A program made the translations under genes and the position numbers. From assembly GCA_964016885.1 (NCBI GenBank), contig OZ024740.1:425568001-425632000 (forward strand): a stretch of DNA of 64,000 nt, read 5' to 3'. Source of the stretch: Eledone cirrhosa (lineage: Eukaryota). Positions within the stretch are counted from its first letter, which is position 1; each line of letters starts with the position of its first letter. Under the pieces are notes generated by a model that ran no database searches, was not told the DNA's origin, and saw nothing but the letters and a program-made list of their open reading frames with translations. Below are positions 1 through 11,324 of the stretch, piece after piece.

Positions 1-414
1 ATGCAGTGTCTCGACAGCTAACAACTGATGCAGGTAGTTTGTTCCATGGAGGTTTTAAAGGATGCAGTGTCTCGACAGCTAACAACTGATGCAGGTAGTT
101 TGTTCCATGGAGGTTTTAAAGGATGAAGTGTCTCGACAGCTAACAACTGATGCAGGTAATTTGTTCCATGGAGGTTTTAAAGGATGCAGTGTCTCGACAG
201 CTAACAACTGATGCAGGTAGTTTGTTCCATGGAGGTTTTAAAGTATGAAGTGTCTCGACAGCTAACAACTGATGCAGGTAGTTTGTTCCATGGAGGTTTT
301 AAAGGATGAAGTGTCTCGACAGCTAACAACTGATGCAGGTAGTTTGTTCCATGGAGGTTTTAAAGGATGAAGTGTCTCGACAGCTAACAACTGATGTAGG
401 TAGTTTGTTCTATG
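1..414. repeat. 61-bp minisatellite (~6.8 copies, runs off the left edge), derived from the LINE 3' coding end
   Basis: GTGTCTCGACAGC recurs at 6, 67, 128, 189, 250, 311 and 372 (period 61). On the minus strand the unit encodes WNKLPASVVSCRDTSSFKTSM, the continuation of the adjacent LINE ORF2. Confidence 0.95.
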
Positions 415-856
415 CTTCAGAAACTCTGAGCGTGAAAAAATGTTTCCGAAAGTCATGGGAGCTGTGCTGTTTTCTGACTTTGTTGGCATGCCCACGTGTG
501 TTAGACACATGGAAATCAAAAAGGTACTCAGAGTTGTTGTTGGCAAGATGGTTAATAATTTTGTGGGTGTTTACCAAGTCAGTTGCTAGATGTCAGAGCT
601 TCAATGTATCCATGCTCAGGGAAGCAAGGCGTTCAGAGTATGATAGATGCCTGATGGAGGGTATTCGCTTGGTTGCACGTCTCTGAACAGTTTCCAGGCG
701 GTCAATGTTCTGAGCAATATAGGGGTTCCAGACTGGTGATGCAAATTCTAAGTGTGGCCGCACCATAGCTATATATAACTTTAAATAGATAGCTGGAGAG
801 CGGCTGTCAAAGGTCATGCTGAGTGATGCTAAGACACCCTCGGCCTTCTTAACAAT
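350..856 (-). mobile_element. CR1/L2-type LINE, ORF2 C-terminal remnant (5'-truncated, with stop codons)
   Basis: Minus-strand translation IVKKAEGVLASLSMTF..LKLYIAMVRPHLEFASPVWNPY..IDRLETVQRRATK..LSYSERL..TRGHANKV..RKHFFTLRVSEA*NKLP matches the typical post-RT C-terminus of CR1/L2-group LINEs. It has two in-frame stops (TGA ~593, TAG ~410). Confidence 0.9.
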
Positions 857-1850
857 AGGTATAATAGCATATGCAGTTTATAAATAACTAACATTTTTAA
901 AGACATTTTATTTTATAGTATTTATTACGAGGGATCAGGCTCTGTCTCTTATTTTGTTTTTATGTTTTTATTCATTTAACTAGATATATTTTCATGTTTT
1001 TATTCCATTCTGTAATTTGAGGTTCAGTCACAGCAATGCACTAAGACACCAAGATTTGTTTGTTGCCTATTAATCTCATTGCTGTGATTGTCATTTTGAT
1101 TTTATTAATTTTTAACGAAAGAAATATAAGTTACCTTGGCGTAATTTCATAAAACTCAGGCAAAACAAAATTTCCCTACCCTTTTTTTTTTCTCATTTTT
1201 TTTTACGTCCCAAAATGTTTCTTTCCACGCCTTTTTCTTGGTTCGGTTAATTTTGGAGAAAATTTGATCAGGATTCAGAAAAACTCCCGCAATAAATGTG
1301 TCTGTTATGAGAACTGACACGGCGGCGTGGGGTGGGGATGGGGATGGGGTATGGGGGTTTATGATTGGAAATTAAAATTACGATATTAGGAATATATAAC
1401 TCTCATCATTTTTATGTGTCTACTAATGCACTCGTTCAGGCAATAATGACGGCAAATCGGTTTATCTTATTTAAATGTATTGAACATGGGAGGAAAATAA
1501 AGTTAGAATATAGAAAACTACGTTTATTTTTATTTGCACGATGGAAAGATTTTATAGGGAAACAATCTTGAATACACACACATGCGTACACACGCACACG
1601 CATAAAAGCACACATAAACACACAGAGTAATCAAGGGAGGTAACAAGAATAAGAACGGCGGTATCAATCTTTGCGTGACACGAAATATATAATTACACAA
1701 GTATATTTATTATAAGCGTGATTTATTTATTGTTTGAGTTTTATTATACACAAACGACGATATCGTATCAAGAAACAATATTCTTTTAACACTCTCTTCT
1801 CCCTCTTTTTCCATTCTTTCTTTCTTCCATTCTCCCTCTCTCCCTCCCCC

Positions 1851-1851
<1 letters not shown>

Positions 1852-1937
<86 letters not shown>
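1852..1937. repeat. (CT)n-(AT)n compound microsatellite
   Basis: Read directly from the sequence. Confidence 0.95.
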
Positions 1938-1940
<3 letters not shown>

Positions 1941-2328
1941 CTATCTGATTGTATAAGCATGTATACGACTGTGTATATATGCGTTTTGGGTTTGCAATCA
2001 CATTTCATGACGAAGACTTTAAAATCCAAATTCGCCGTCAGATAGTAGAGAAAGAGAACATGTTCTACTAACAACCATAAGCAGCCAGTATTAAAGTATT
2101 TCAAGAGATCCTATTAGACTGCCATTAGAAAAGTGTTAATTTTACACATTTTCGTAATTAAATTCTACATAGTACATAACACTTCATTGATTTCGAAGAC
2201 TTCAAGGCAGCAAAAGAATTCCGAAATCGCAAATCAAAATACTTTGATAATTTTTTCATCAACTTTACCAATGCCTTTAGACTAACACGAACAAGGTTCC
2301 GTGTTTCTATGTATGAATATACGTATGT

Positions 2329-2336
2329 ATCTATTC

Positions 2337-2433
<97 letters not shown>

Positions 2434-2436
2434 CCG

Positions 2437-2468
<32 letters not shown>

Positions 2469-2490
2469 ATATATGTATATATATATATAT
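2329..2490. repeat. (ATCT)n microsatellite followed by (CTTT)n and (AT)n
   Basis: Read directly from the sequence. Confidence 0.95.
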
Positions 2491-2737
2491 AAAATTAAAA
2501 TGGCTTAGACATTACAATACAATAAAATAGGCGGGAACATAATATTACCACTGATGATGTTGCAGATGTGCAACGAAAGAACTTTGATAGACTATATATA
2601 TGTATTTATATCTGTATTTTTAACTGTTGGTCAATCAATGATAAACGTTGATTGCCAAATAAATTAACTAAGGAGATATAAAAGATACAGAAGCTATAAT
2701 TTATTACAACAATATGGCCCTCCCCAAGTATGACTAT
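2491..2737 (+). mobile_element. Solo Penelope pseudo-LTR, subfamily 1 (copy A)
   Basis: Homologous to 12462-12790 and to the 3' end of the Penelope element (13485-13780, minus). Contains a hammerhead, GATATAAAAG, and the ORF-start remnant ATGGCCCTCCCCAAGTAT. Flanked by (TA)n. Confidence 0.85.
2545..2590 (+). ncRNA. Type I hammerhead ribozyme (minimal stem III)
   Basis: TTACCA-CTGATGA-T-GTTGCA(gatg)TGCAAC-GAAA-G-aa-CT-T/TGATAG. Intact core, perfect 6-bp stem II, stem I with one mismatch, predicted cleavage after 2584. Confidence 0.85.
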
Positions 2738-3234
2738 ATAACTATATATATATATATATCAACTAAAACAGATGGGTGGGTAGTGAAGCACAAGAGAGAC
2801 TGTCTGTTTTAGTAACAAAGGGAATTTGTCAAACACACATGTATGTTTTCCACTATTTCATGAATGTCAGTAATTATTTCTTTACCATCGATGATATGGT
2901 TTTCATTTCACTTTCTATGTCATTCACCCTTACTATATAGTGAGGGAGACTCTATAAGTTCACCCTGCTAGAAATAGCAGCCAAATTATCCTTGAAAACA
3001 AAACAAATGTCTTAAAAAGAAAATATGTTGGATGAAGCAATCCATGATTGCTTACATACATGGTTCTTTAACTTCTGATGGAATCGCATGGGGGCCATAT
3101 TGATATGAAGTATTTCTAGGGGATTAGAAAACCTGTTGGGGCCCATCTCCTCTCTAGGTCTTAATACAGCAGATTTCTTGCGGAGAAGGATAGAGAGAGT
3201 GACAGAAAGGAAGTCCGAAAGAGACATAGAAGAA

Positions 3235-3394
3235 GAATCGACCCCAGTACTAGACTGGTACTTTTTTTATCGATCTAGTATGGATGAAAAGTAAAGTTGA
3301 CTTCGGTGGGATTCGAACTCAGAGAGCAGAGAGCCAGAACGAATAACACAAAGTATTCTAAGCGGCGTTCTAACGGTTCTGATAATGTACTGCC
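3235..3394 (-). mobile_element. tRNA-derived SINE (diverged)
   Basis: Minus strand GGCAG..AGAACCGTTAG..GAGTTCGAATCCC (B box), then CTTTTCATCC..TCGATAAAA..AGTACCAG..ACTGGGGTCGA. Resembles abundant octopus SINEs as I recall them; not checked by search. Confidence 0.7.
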
Positions 3395-5050
3395 CTTAAT
3401 CCAAGTTGTATTATGCCTGAATACACGATGGTCTGGAATTAGAGAATAGCAGGTTGGGATGCAGGAACGGCTCACTGCTTATGACGTTTGTTTTGCAACC
3501 CTGCTTTTAGTTCGACCCAACATCGAATCACTTTGGTCTAGCGGTTTGTTTCGTGTGTGTGTGTATATAATTTCAATGATGTATATCTTCGAAATATGTG
3601 AACATCGATGAGAAAAACCGCTAAATTGTTTTTTTGCTTTTTTTTTCGATCTAAAAATGCTTTGTGATATTTATTCCTCACCGAGTTGAACAGGGAGTCC
3701 CTTGTCACTCTCGCAATCAGAGATTCATTGTACCGGGGATTAGCCCATTGAAAATTTGTAATCAAAGGGGCTATTGTTGACAAAGTAAAGATATATTAGC
3801 TAAAGCCATGAATATTTCAACACTACTAAGATTTGAGAAAGCTCATAGTAACTTTTCCAAAACTAACATCACTGGCAACCATCAAAATCAAGCTAACCAT
3901 TATAACACACATGAAATAAACACAACCTTACCCCCCACATCATCCCCAACAATGACCTTTATCTCTATCATTGATTGGATGTCAAATCTATCTACAAAAG
4001 AGCCAGCAAATAAGCTGCAATTAGCGGCCAGTTCTAAGAATTTCTAATTGCAAGTTCAATCATTAGGAAACAGATATACTTACTGACCTTAGTTGGCAAC
4101 GTATTTACAACTATTGGCAAGCACACTTACCAAGTCTTGGCACTGAAACTTTCAGAAAGTAAACAAGAAACATGCGCATTTCCATTCTCTGAGCTCTCTA
4201 TTTGTCAGTTGGCTTATTTCGTCTATCTTGATTCTAAGTTCTAACTACAGAAAGCCGCTTATTATAATCGTAAATAGTATCATCTCATCAGAATTAATTC
4301 TATCATGCAGATATTGTTAGAAAAATGCTTAGAACCAAAGTGATTACAATAAACGGTTTCCAGAGTATATAGTTAGAGGTTTACTAAGAGTCAATCTAAT
4401 GTGAGAATCCTCTGCTCTGTCACATGATCTTCTAGAAAGGGTAATAAACTCACCCTCAAATATTACGTTACTCCTCTTAAAATGGATAATGTAGACTACT
4501 TCCTAAAACAATCAAGATGGCCATGGGTGGAGCACATATGAACACACATTTGCTCAATCAGTAGTTGGAAAAATCAAGAAGTCACTGTGAATGTTAGATT
4601 CCTTTTGAGTAAATTCGAATGCTGTTTTTTATTTATTCACTAGCCCAGTAATCCTGCAATTGATTGGTGCCCTGTTACGGATTTCTCATTTCTTGAGTTC
4701 TAATTTCACCGTGAGAAAGTTTGCACTTTATCACTATCAGGGTGGGTTTCCAAAGTTCTTTGCGTTCTGAATTAAAATCCCACCTCTTATCACCGACCTC
4801 TTCATAGCAAGAAACTAGTCCCTCGGGACCCAACCGATGGTGAGAATGTTAAATGGAATGACATGTCTGTTGGAACATCTTGCTCATCGCATCAATAAAT
4901 CAAATAGACTTCGTACAAAGCGAGATAAGTTACTGATTTGATTTAATAGTACTCGGTCATACTGGGGCACTCTTTTGATTTTTTTTTATTTCAAATTTAT
5001 TTTTTTGTTTAATTTGATCTTTTTCTTTGTTTTCTAAATTCATTTCTAGA

Positions 5051-5150
5051 ATGGCGTATTGATTGAAAAGTTCACTTCACAATTATAAGTTCTAGGTTCA
5101 ATCCCACTGCTTAGAACTTGAAGCGAGTGTATTTGTTTAGACCCCGAGGA
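5051..5150 (+). mobile_element. tRNA-derived SINE head (diverged)
   Basis: A-box-like TGGCGTATTGATT and B-box-like GGTTCAATCCC, followed by ACTGC..CTTGAAGCGAGTGT. Confidence 0.5.
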
Positions 5151-5289
5151 AGATAAATGGTTGATAACATTCATGAGTTCGGTTGGTCTCGCATGTTGAT
5201 CCAGCTGGAGAGCCCTTCAGGTTGATTCTACATGTAATTCAAAGTACAGCCATTTATATATTGTGTCATGCAGATTCTGTCTGAAAAAT

Positions 5290-5466
5290 ACGTTAATTGT
5301 ATACATATGAGAGGAATACTCAACCAACTACACGTTAATTGTATACATATGAGAGGAATACTCAACCAACTACACGTTAATTGTATACATATGAGAGGAA
5401 TACTCAACCAACTACACGTTAATTGTATACATATGAGAGGAATACTCAACCAACTACACGTTAATT
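5290..5466. repeat. 42-bp minisatellite, 4 perfect copies plus a partial copy
   Basis: ACGTTAATTGTATACATATGAGAGGAATACTCAACCAACTAC at 5290, 5332, 5374 and 5416, partial at 5458. Confidence 0.95.
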
Positions 5467-5635
5467 CATGAGTGTTCTGCGTCTGCATGTTGTACGTGCA
5501 TATGTGTGTATCAGCATATATATGTTTGTATGTGTATATGTGTCGATCGACTTTCGTCAAATCGGACCGAGGAAACAATGTTTCCGTTGGTCTTTCCAAT
5601 TGCTAATACTATCTATCGGTCGCAACTCCAGGTAG

Positions 5636-5755
5636 AAGGAGCAACGTGAAATAGAGTGTCTTGCTCAAGGACATAACGCATCGCCCGGTCCAGGAATCGA
5701 ACTCACAACCTCATGATTGCGAATCCATTTCTCTAACCAATCAGCCACACGCCTT
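5636..5755 (-). mobile_element. tRNA-derived SINE
   Basis: Minus strand GGCGTGTGGCTGATTGGTTAG (A box) ..GAGTTCGATTCC (B box) ..TGTCCTTGAGCAAGACACT, a common SINE central-domain motif. Confidence 0.75.
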
Positions 5756-6053
5756 TACGCATGTGTATGTGTGGGTAAAATAGATTAATTTTGTTTTGTT
5801 TCTAACAAGTATTAACCAATGAAAACGCTCGTATAGTCAACTACCTTCACGGGTTTCACGAGTTTAACGTTCAGTTGATCAAACGAATGAATACTCATCG
5901 TCGAAGCTGACAAAGGATCCAGTGTTTCTTTCCCTCTATTTCATTTGTTTTCTGTACTATTGTTGCCATCTTTCACTGTGATTCTTTCTTTGTTGTTCTT
6001 CTTTCCTTCATACCTTTTCCCCAGGTCAATCTTCTCTCTTTTCTCTCTTTTAA

Positions 6054-6372
6054 TTACAATTGTTTTATATTTCGTTTCTGAATTTGTTTAGCAAGATTCT
6101 TTATCTGAAAACGTGTGTTGAAACCGATATTGTTATACTTTGGGAGGGTCATGTTGCCAATAAGAAACACACGCACCAGTTGCTTTCACTCCAATTTATT
6201 ATAAATTAAATTTATAAATTTAAGAATTTATAAATTTCCGGTTGGTTCCACAACCGGACGGTTGTTCATATACTGTCAAAGTTCTTTCGCCACACATTCT
6301 GTGACTTCTTCAGTGACTGAGGATTATTTTCTTTATTTTTGTGCCTCTCCTTTGTTCTGTCCTACGCCATCT
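6054..6372 (-). mobile_element. Penelope pseudo-LTR, subfamily 2 (copy D), with ORF N-terminus
   Basis: Inverted near-copy of 9750-9998 with a hammerhead at 6274-6318. The ATG at 6152 begins MTLPKYNNIGFNTRFQIKNLAKQIQKRNIKQL*, homologous to MTLPKYNDICFDTRFHIK at 12726. Confidence 0.8.
6274..6318 (-). ncRNA. Type I hammerhead ribozyme
   Basis: Minus strand GTCA-CTGAAGA-A-GTCACA(gaatg)TGTGGC-GAAA-G-aa-CT-T/TGAC. Confidence 0.85.
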
Positions 6373-6731
6373 TGTTTTTGTGTGTGTGGTGTGCTTAGTT
6401 TGCGCATGTGTTACATCCGGGTGTCTGTGTGTGTTTATATTCTTTCCCTGTTTTTTCTTTCTTTCCTTAATCCACACATCTCATCTCCTTCACTCTACAT
6501 TCAATTTCTCATTTAACTCTTTCTTTATTTTCTAGGGATCATCATATACTTTCAATATAATCTTCCTTCCTTCCTTCCTCCCTTCCTTTCAACCTATTTA
6601 CACTTTATCTTCTCTCTTCTTTTTCTAAAGTCACAATTGCTTTTTTTCTTATTTTCATCTTAATATTATACTTTATATATTTCTTCTTTTCTTTTCTGTC
6701 CTTTCCTTACCTTCTGCCTCCTTTATTTCCC

Positions 6732-7475
6732 TACCACCACTACCACCACCAAACACATCACCTCCACCACCACTACCACCACCACCCCACCAAACAAACA
6801 ACCACCACCAAACACATCACCTCCACCACCACTACCACCACCATCCCACCAAACAAACAACCACCACCAAACACATCACATCAACCACCACTACCACCAC
6901 CACCACCATCAAACACACAACCACCACCAAACACATCACATCAACCACCACTACCACCACCAACACCACCACCAAACACACAACCACCACCAAACACATC
7001 ACCTCCACCACCACTACCACCACCACCACCAAACACATCACATCCACCACCACTACCACCACCAAACACACAACCACCACCAAGCACATCGCCTCCACCA
7101 CCACCTCCACCACCACCATTACCCACACTACCACCACCAGCACCAAAACCACCACCACCACCACCACCACCAACACCAACACCACCATCATCACCACCAC
7201 CACCACCACTAAACCCCCCCCCCCCACATCACCACCATCACCACTACAACCACCACCATCACTACTAAAACCACCACCACCACCACCAACACCACCATCA
7301 ACCACCACAACCACTACCATCACTACTAAAACCACCACCACCACTACCACCACAACCACTACCATCACTACTAAAACCACCACCACCACCACTACCAACA
7401 ACAACACCAACACCAACACCGCCACCACCACAACCAACACCACCACCAACACCACCACCACCACCACCACCACAC
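6732..7475. repeat. (ACC)n-based cryptic simple repeat
   Basis: About 740 bp of ACC/ACA triplets with recurring AAACACATCA subunits. Confidence 0.9.
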
Positions 7476-7763
7476 ACTATCAAACACCGTTACTTTTCCT
7501 ACAACCCACTACACCACCCTGACCACCTACATCTCTACACGTTTCGTCCATTTATCTATAATATGCCTAAGATAAAGTGACCATTTACCATAAATCTAAC
7601 CACAGGCGCTATTGTTTACAGCGACTAAAGCAAAGATTGCAGGAATCAAATTTCATGGCAGGCCAGTTAAAATGTTTCTCTGTAGAATGTGGAATATAAT
7701 GAAAACCTAGTTTCTGTATACACACACATACATGCAAACACAGACACACAGACACACAGACAG

Positions 7764-7805
<42 letters not shown>

Positions 7806-7811
7806 GTATAT

Positions 7812-8005
7812 ATAGGAAAAGTGTCAGGACCCGGACGGCAGAGCTCAAGCCGTTTCGACGGCTATTCTGGACAGAAATAGCCGTCGAAACGGCTTGAGCT
7901 TTGCCGTCGGGGTCCTGACTCTTTTCTATTACCCACTTCACTACCCAAAGTATCGAGTACTCTGGTGCGTTATGGTCCACCTGGTTCCTTACCACACTTC
8001 CTTCG

Positions 8006-8008
<3 letters not shown>
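7812..8008 (+). mobile_element. Short fold-back element (~55-bp inverted arms plus tail), probable Penelope pLTR remnant
   Basis: Arms 7812-7866 and 7876-7929. Contains GAAACGGC-ttgagcttt-GCCGTC, the 3' half of a hammerhead. A second copy lies in opposite orientation at 12803-13000. Embedded in (CA)n/(TA)n. Confidence 0.7.
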
Positions 8009-8094
<86 letters not shown>

Positions 8095-8270
8095 AGAGTC
8101 GCGACTCCGACAGATGAGCTCTTGCTGTTTCAACAAGCTATGTTTGTATGTATGTATGTAAATGTTTATATATGTATTATGTATGTATGTATGTATGTAT
8201 ATATGTATGTATGTATATATGTATGTATTATGTTATATGTTTTATGTTTTATTATGTATTATTATGTTAT
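8008..8270. repeat. (TA)n and (TATG)n microsatellites
   Basis: Read directly from the sequence; interrupted by a short non-repetitive insert at ~8092-8140. Confidence 0.9.
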
Positions 8271-8575
8271 GTCAGGTCACCAGCTGGTGCTACTGGTAAC
8301 ATGTATCCCAGTACAACTTGTCTCATGGTCGGGTCTTTGGCGACTAAACTGAAAACCCCACCAAGGTTTCTTGGTGAGGAGGGTGATTTTGGACATCCTG
8401 CAGGACTAAAAACAAAACCTGTCATAGGGAAAAGGAGCTCTTAAGAGTCAATGGCCATCCAAAATCACCGGGAGAGATGACCCCTTAGTCTTTGTCAAGG
8501 CAGAATTCTAGGAGAAAGAAAACTCTGATATAACACCTGCAACCCTGATGGTATCCAATGATGTTGACTTGTTCT
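8271..8575 (+). mobile_element. Possible RTE-clade LINE 5' UTR or RTE-related repeat fragment
   Basis: Higher-complexity block starting after a microsatellite. GGAGAAAGAAAACTCTGATATAACACCT resembles RTE 5' UTR motifs as recalled. No ORF support. Confidence 0.3.
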
Positions 8576-8944
8576 TCTTTTTGGTAAATATCATCTTGGT
8601 TAAGAGAGTGGGACTGGCTTTGTGCAGTGCCTTTTCTCACTATAAAAGTTTCACGGCACAGGCATTGCTTTATATCTGGAGATCTCTCTGCACTTGTCGT
8701 CACATGGTACCATGGGCCCAGCACTATGTGTTAATAATTGTCACAAGTGTAGTGTTTGTACCAGAGTTTTCAAGTCGCTGGCTGGACTAAAAAGTCACAC
8801 TAGTTCAGCGCATCGGTAGGGGTTCTCCTACATGGATATAAAGTAGTGGCCGTACTCGAAAACGAGTTGGCAGCCACCATATATGTATATATGTATGTAT
8901 GTATTACATATGTATGTATTTCATTCATTCATTCATTTAATGTT

Positions 8945-9085
8945 TACAGTAATTAGACAGCGGTCAGGCTGGAGCACTGTCTTAATTTAAAGGATCATAT
9001 ATCGCCCCTAGTATTTATGTTGTCAAGTCTAATACTTATTTTATTGGTCACATTTTGTCAAACCACTCATGGGTACGGAAAACGA
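8945..9085 (-). mobile_element. SINE 3' region fragment (diverged)
   Basis: TAGACAGCGGTCAGGCTGGAGCAC..ATCGCCCCTAGTATTTAT..TACTTATTTTATTGGTC. Shares a degenerate ATCGACCCCAGTACT motif with the SINE at 3235. Confidence 0.5.
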
Positions 9086-9301
9086 CTCCCCCCCCCCCCA
9101 CACACACATATATATATATACATATCCAAGGATGGTGTCCCAGCATGTCCTCAGCTGGATGGCTGGAACAGATAGAAGAATAAAAAAATATATGTAAACG
9201 GAAAAAATGAAACGAAATTTCATTTCCCACTCTTAGTACGGCTGTTACTTAAATATAAGTATGTACACGTACATACATATATGTATACAGACGTACAGTA
9301 G

Positions 9302-9339
<38 letters not shown>

Positions 9340-9749
9340 CATGCACACATATATAAATGCACGTATGGATTCACCGAACATTTATTATAATGCTCGGTGT
9401 GTTTGTAAACAAACATCCCGTATTAAGCCGTAGTGTCCAGCAACCATCGTTGCTCGTTTGTTCACACTGACAAAGGAACGCTGTACTAGTTTCAAGCTAT
9501 ATGTATGTATGTGTATATATATATGCATATATATATTATATGCAGTTAGATGACCAGTTAGGCTATTGTCACTGGTAGATCACGAAGTATCCTAGGGTAA
9601 GCATTCAACATCCTGCATCATCCCAGATTACATCTAGTGGTCCTGGCGGAATGTGAAGCATATCCACTGAAGAATAAGTATGCAAAATAGGTTTTTACAA
9701 TTTAGTCAAATATTTTCCGTTACAAATCTTTCGACGGGGTTGACGACTA

Positions 9750-9998
9750 TGCGTAGGACAGAACAAAGGAGAGGCACAAAACAAAGAAAAGAATCCCCAG
9801 TCACTGAAGAGGTCACAGAATGTGTGACGAAAGAACTTTGACAATATATGAACAATCGTCTGGTTGTGGAACCAACCAACCAACCAGAAATTTATAAATT
9901 CCTAAATTTATAAATTTAATTTATAATAAATTGAAGTGAAAGCAACTGGTGCGTGTGTTTCTTATTGGCAACATGACCCTCCCAAAGCATAACAATAT
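9750..9998 (+). mobile_element. Penelope pseudo-LTR, subfamily 2 (copy E)
   Basis: Reverse-complement match to 6128-6368. Ends ATGACCCTCCCAAAGCATAACAATAT and runs into (TA)n. Confidence 0.85.
9800..9842 (+). ncRNA. Type I hammerhead ribozyme
   Basis: GTCA-CTGAAGA-G-GTCACA(gaatg)TGTGAC-GAAA-G-aa-CT-T/TGAC. Perfect stems I (4 bp) and II (6 bp); predicted cleavage after 9838. Confidence 0.88.
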
Positions 9999-10108
9999 AT
10001 ATATATATATATATAAGTAATAATAATAAATTTGAAGACTAAAATCCAAAGAGGGCTCGATAAGGATAAATATATATCACATATATAAGAACCGTAGAGG
10101 AAATATTT

Positions 10109-10200
10109 ATTAAAATAACAGATTAAAGTTTAAGCAAAGAATCGCCCGTGAAGGGTGAAAGCAGCGATTCTTTGCTTAAACTTTAATCTGTTATTTTAAT
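10109..10200. repeat. Perfect inverted repeat, 37-bp arms, 18-nt spacer
   Basis: ATTAAAATAACAGATTAAAGTTTAAGCAAAGAATCGC / GCGATTCTTTGCTTAAACTTTAATCTGTTATTTTAAT. Confidence 0.92.
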
Positions 10201-11076
10201 ATATATTTATATATATGCCGGGCTTCTGCAGTATCCGTCTATCAATTTGACTCACGAGGCATTGCTCAATTCGAAGCTTCAGTAACCAACAGCCTCCTCA
10301 TTTCGATGCTGTCTCGTTAACCACACAGCAATACGTGTATCTACGTATCTATACATGTAACATTGACAACCCTTACATATCTTCATGGTGATCGGCCGTC
10401 GAAAAGAACGTGCCCAGTTTGCACTCCTATCGACGGTTTGCACTCCTACTGGTGGTCCTTCCAGAGTTCCATTGTCAAAAAAATAGTCGTACAGTAAGTG
10501 ATGAAAAGGATGAATAGGACCTGAAGTCAAAAACATAGAGAACGTGACATCCAGAGAAGAAAATATTTGCTGGGTTAAACAGCGATCGTCACGGGTGTTA
10601 TTGCAATATTGGCAACAAGTACAAAATCTATGATCATCAGCCGTCGAAATAGATGTGCAGTTTCCTTCCCTACCGGTGTTGCTGCTGGCTATCCGGGATC
10701 ATTCTGTCCTTGGAGTATTTAGACGAAAATCGAACAAAGAAGGAATGTCGTTTGTGAAACTCGAATTTTCGAACTTATTAAGCGCTGAGGAAATAAATTT
10801 ATAATAAAATGTAGACGCTCAGACGCTGGCAACACAGTTCCGCCTCTAAGGATCTTTACCCGAATTTATAGCAACTGATTGTAATTGCAGTTGGTTTCTG
10901 CGTCTGAGTTTCCTAAATCTTTTTATAAGACAAAATAAAACCTATGTATATAGAAGTAATTGTACGTACAGTAAGTGACGAAAGGGGCTAAGTAGACCTG
11001 GTGACGGAAGCATACACAGAGAATATCTCGTCCAGAGGAGAAAATATCTAGTTTTATGTATCTATGAATGTATGTG

Positions 11077-11315
11077 AAGGCACGGGGCTTCGTAGTTAGG
11101 GTATGCGGTGGTCATTTCTGGCGGCGTGTAGTGTCCCCGAGAAAGTCAGTATATTTCCCGTTTCTCTAGTCTACCCAGCTACATTCATACATTGTGCCAC
11201 GGCGAATCTTCACTAGAACGTACGGTAATGCTCAGAAACTTGCGCGTTAATTCCGCAAATAGTATACTACCTTGGTGAAAGAACTGGAACATTCATCGTC
11301 GGAACCGACCGAGGT
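11077..11315 (+). mobile_element. Diverged tRNA-derived SINE (same type as 5636-5755)
   Basis: GAAGGCACGGGGCTTCGTAGTTAGG head and GTGTCCCCGAGAAAG..TATTTCCCGTTTCTCTAGT. Tail motif TCATCGTCG is also seen at ~5895. Confidence 0.45.
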
Positions 11316-11324
11316 CCAACAGTA

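Noticed and set aside
1-414. CRISPR-like or independent coding repeat
   Set aside because: It has no spacers, and the unit is LINE ORF2 terminal sequence.
5690-5755. tRNA gene
   Set aside because: A and B boxes are present but there is no good cloverleaf, and it continues into SINE body sequence. The same applies at 3300-3394 and 5051-5110.
6100-6140. Second, antisense hammerhead (CTGAAAA..GAAACCGATATTGTT; also minus strand ~12745-12775) implying a viroid-like ambisense element
   Set aside because: The core is not intact in either copy. The conservation is better explained by the opposite strand encoding the Penelope N-terminus MTLPKYNxIxFxTRF.
6832-7483. Poly-Val or Gly-rich ORFs
   Set aside because: These are translations of an (ACC)n simple repeat with no gene structure.
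9660-9695. CTGAAGA at 9667 as another hammerhead
   Set aside because: No stem II or GAAA follows it.
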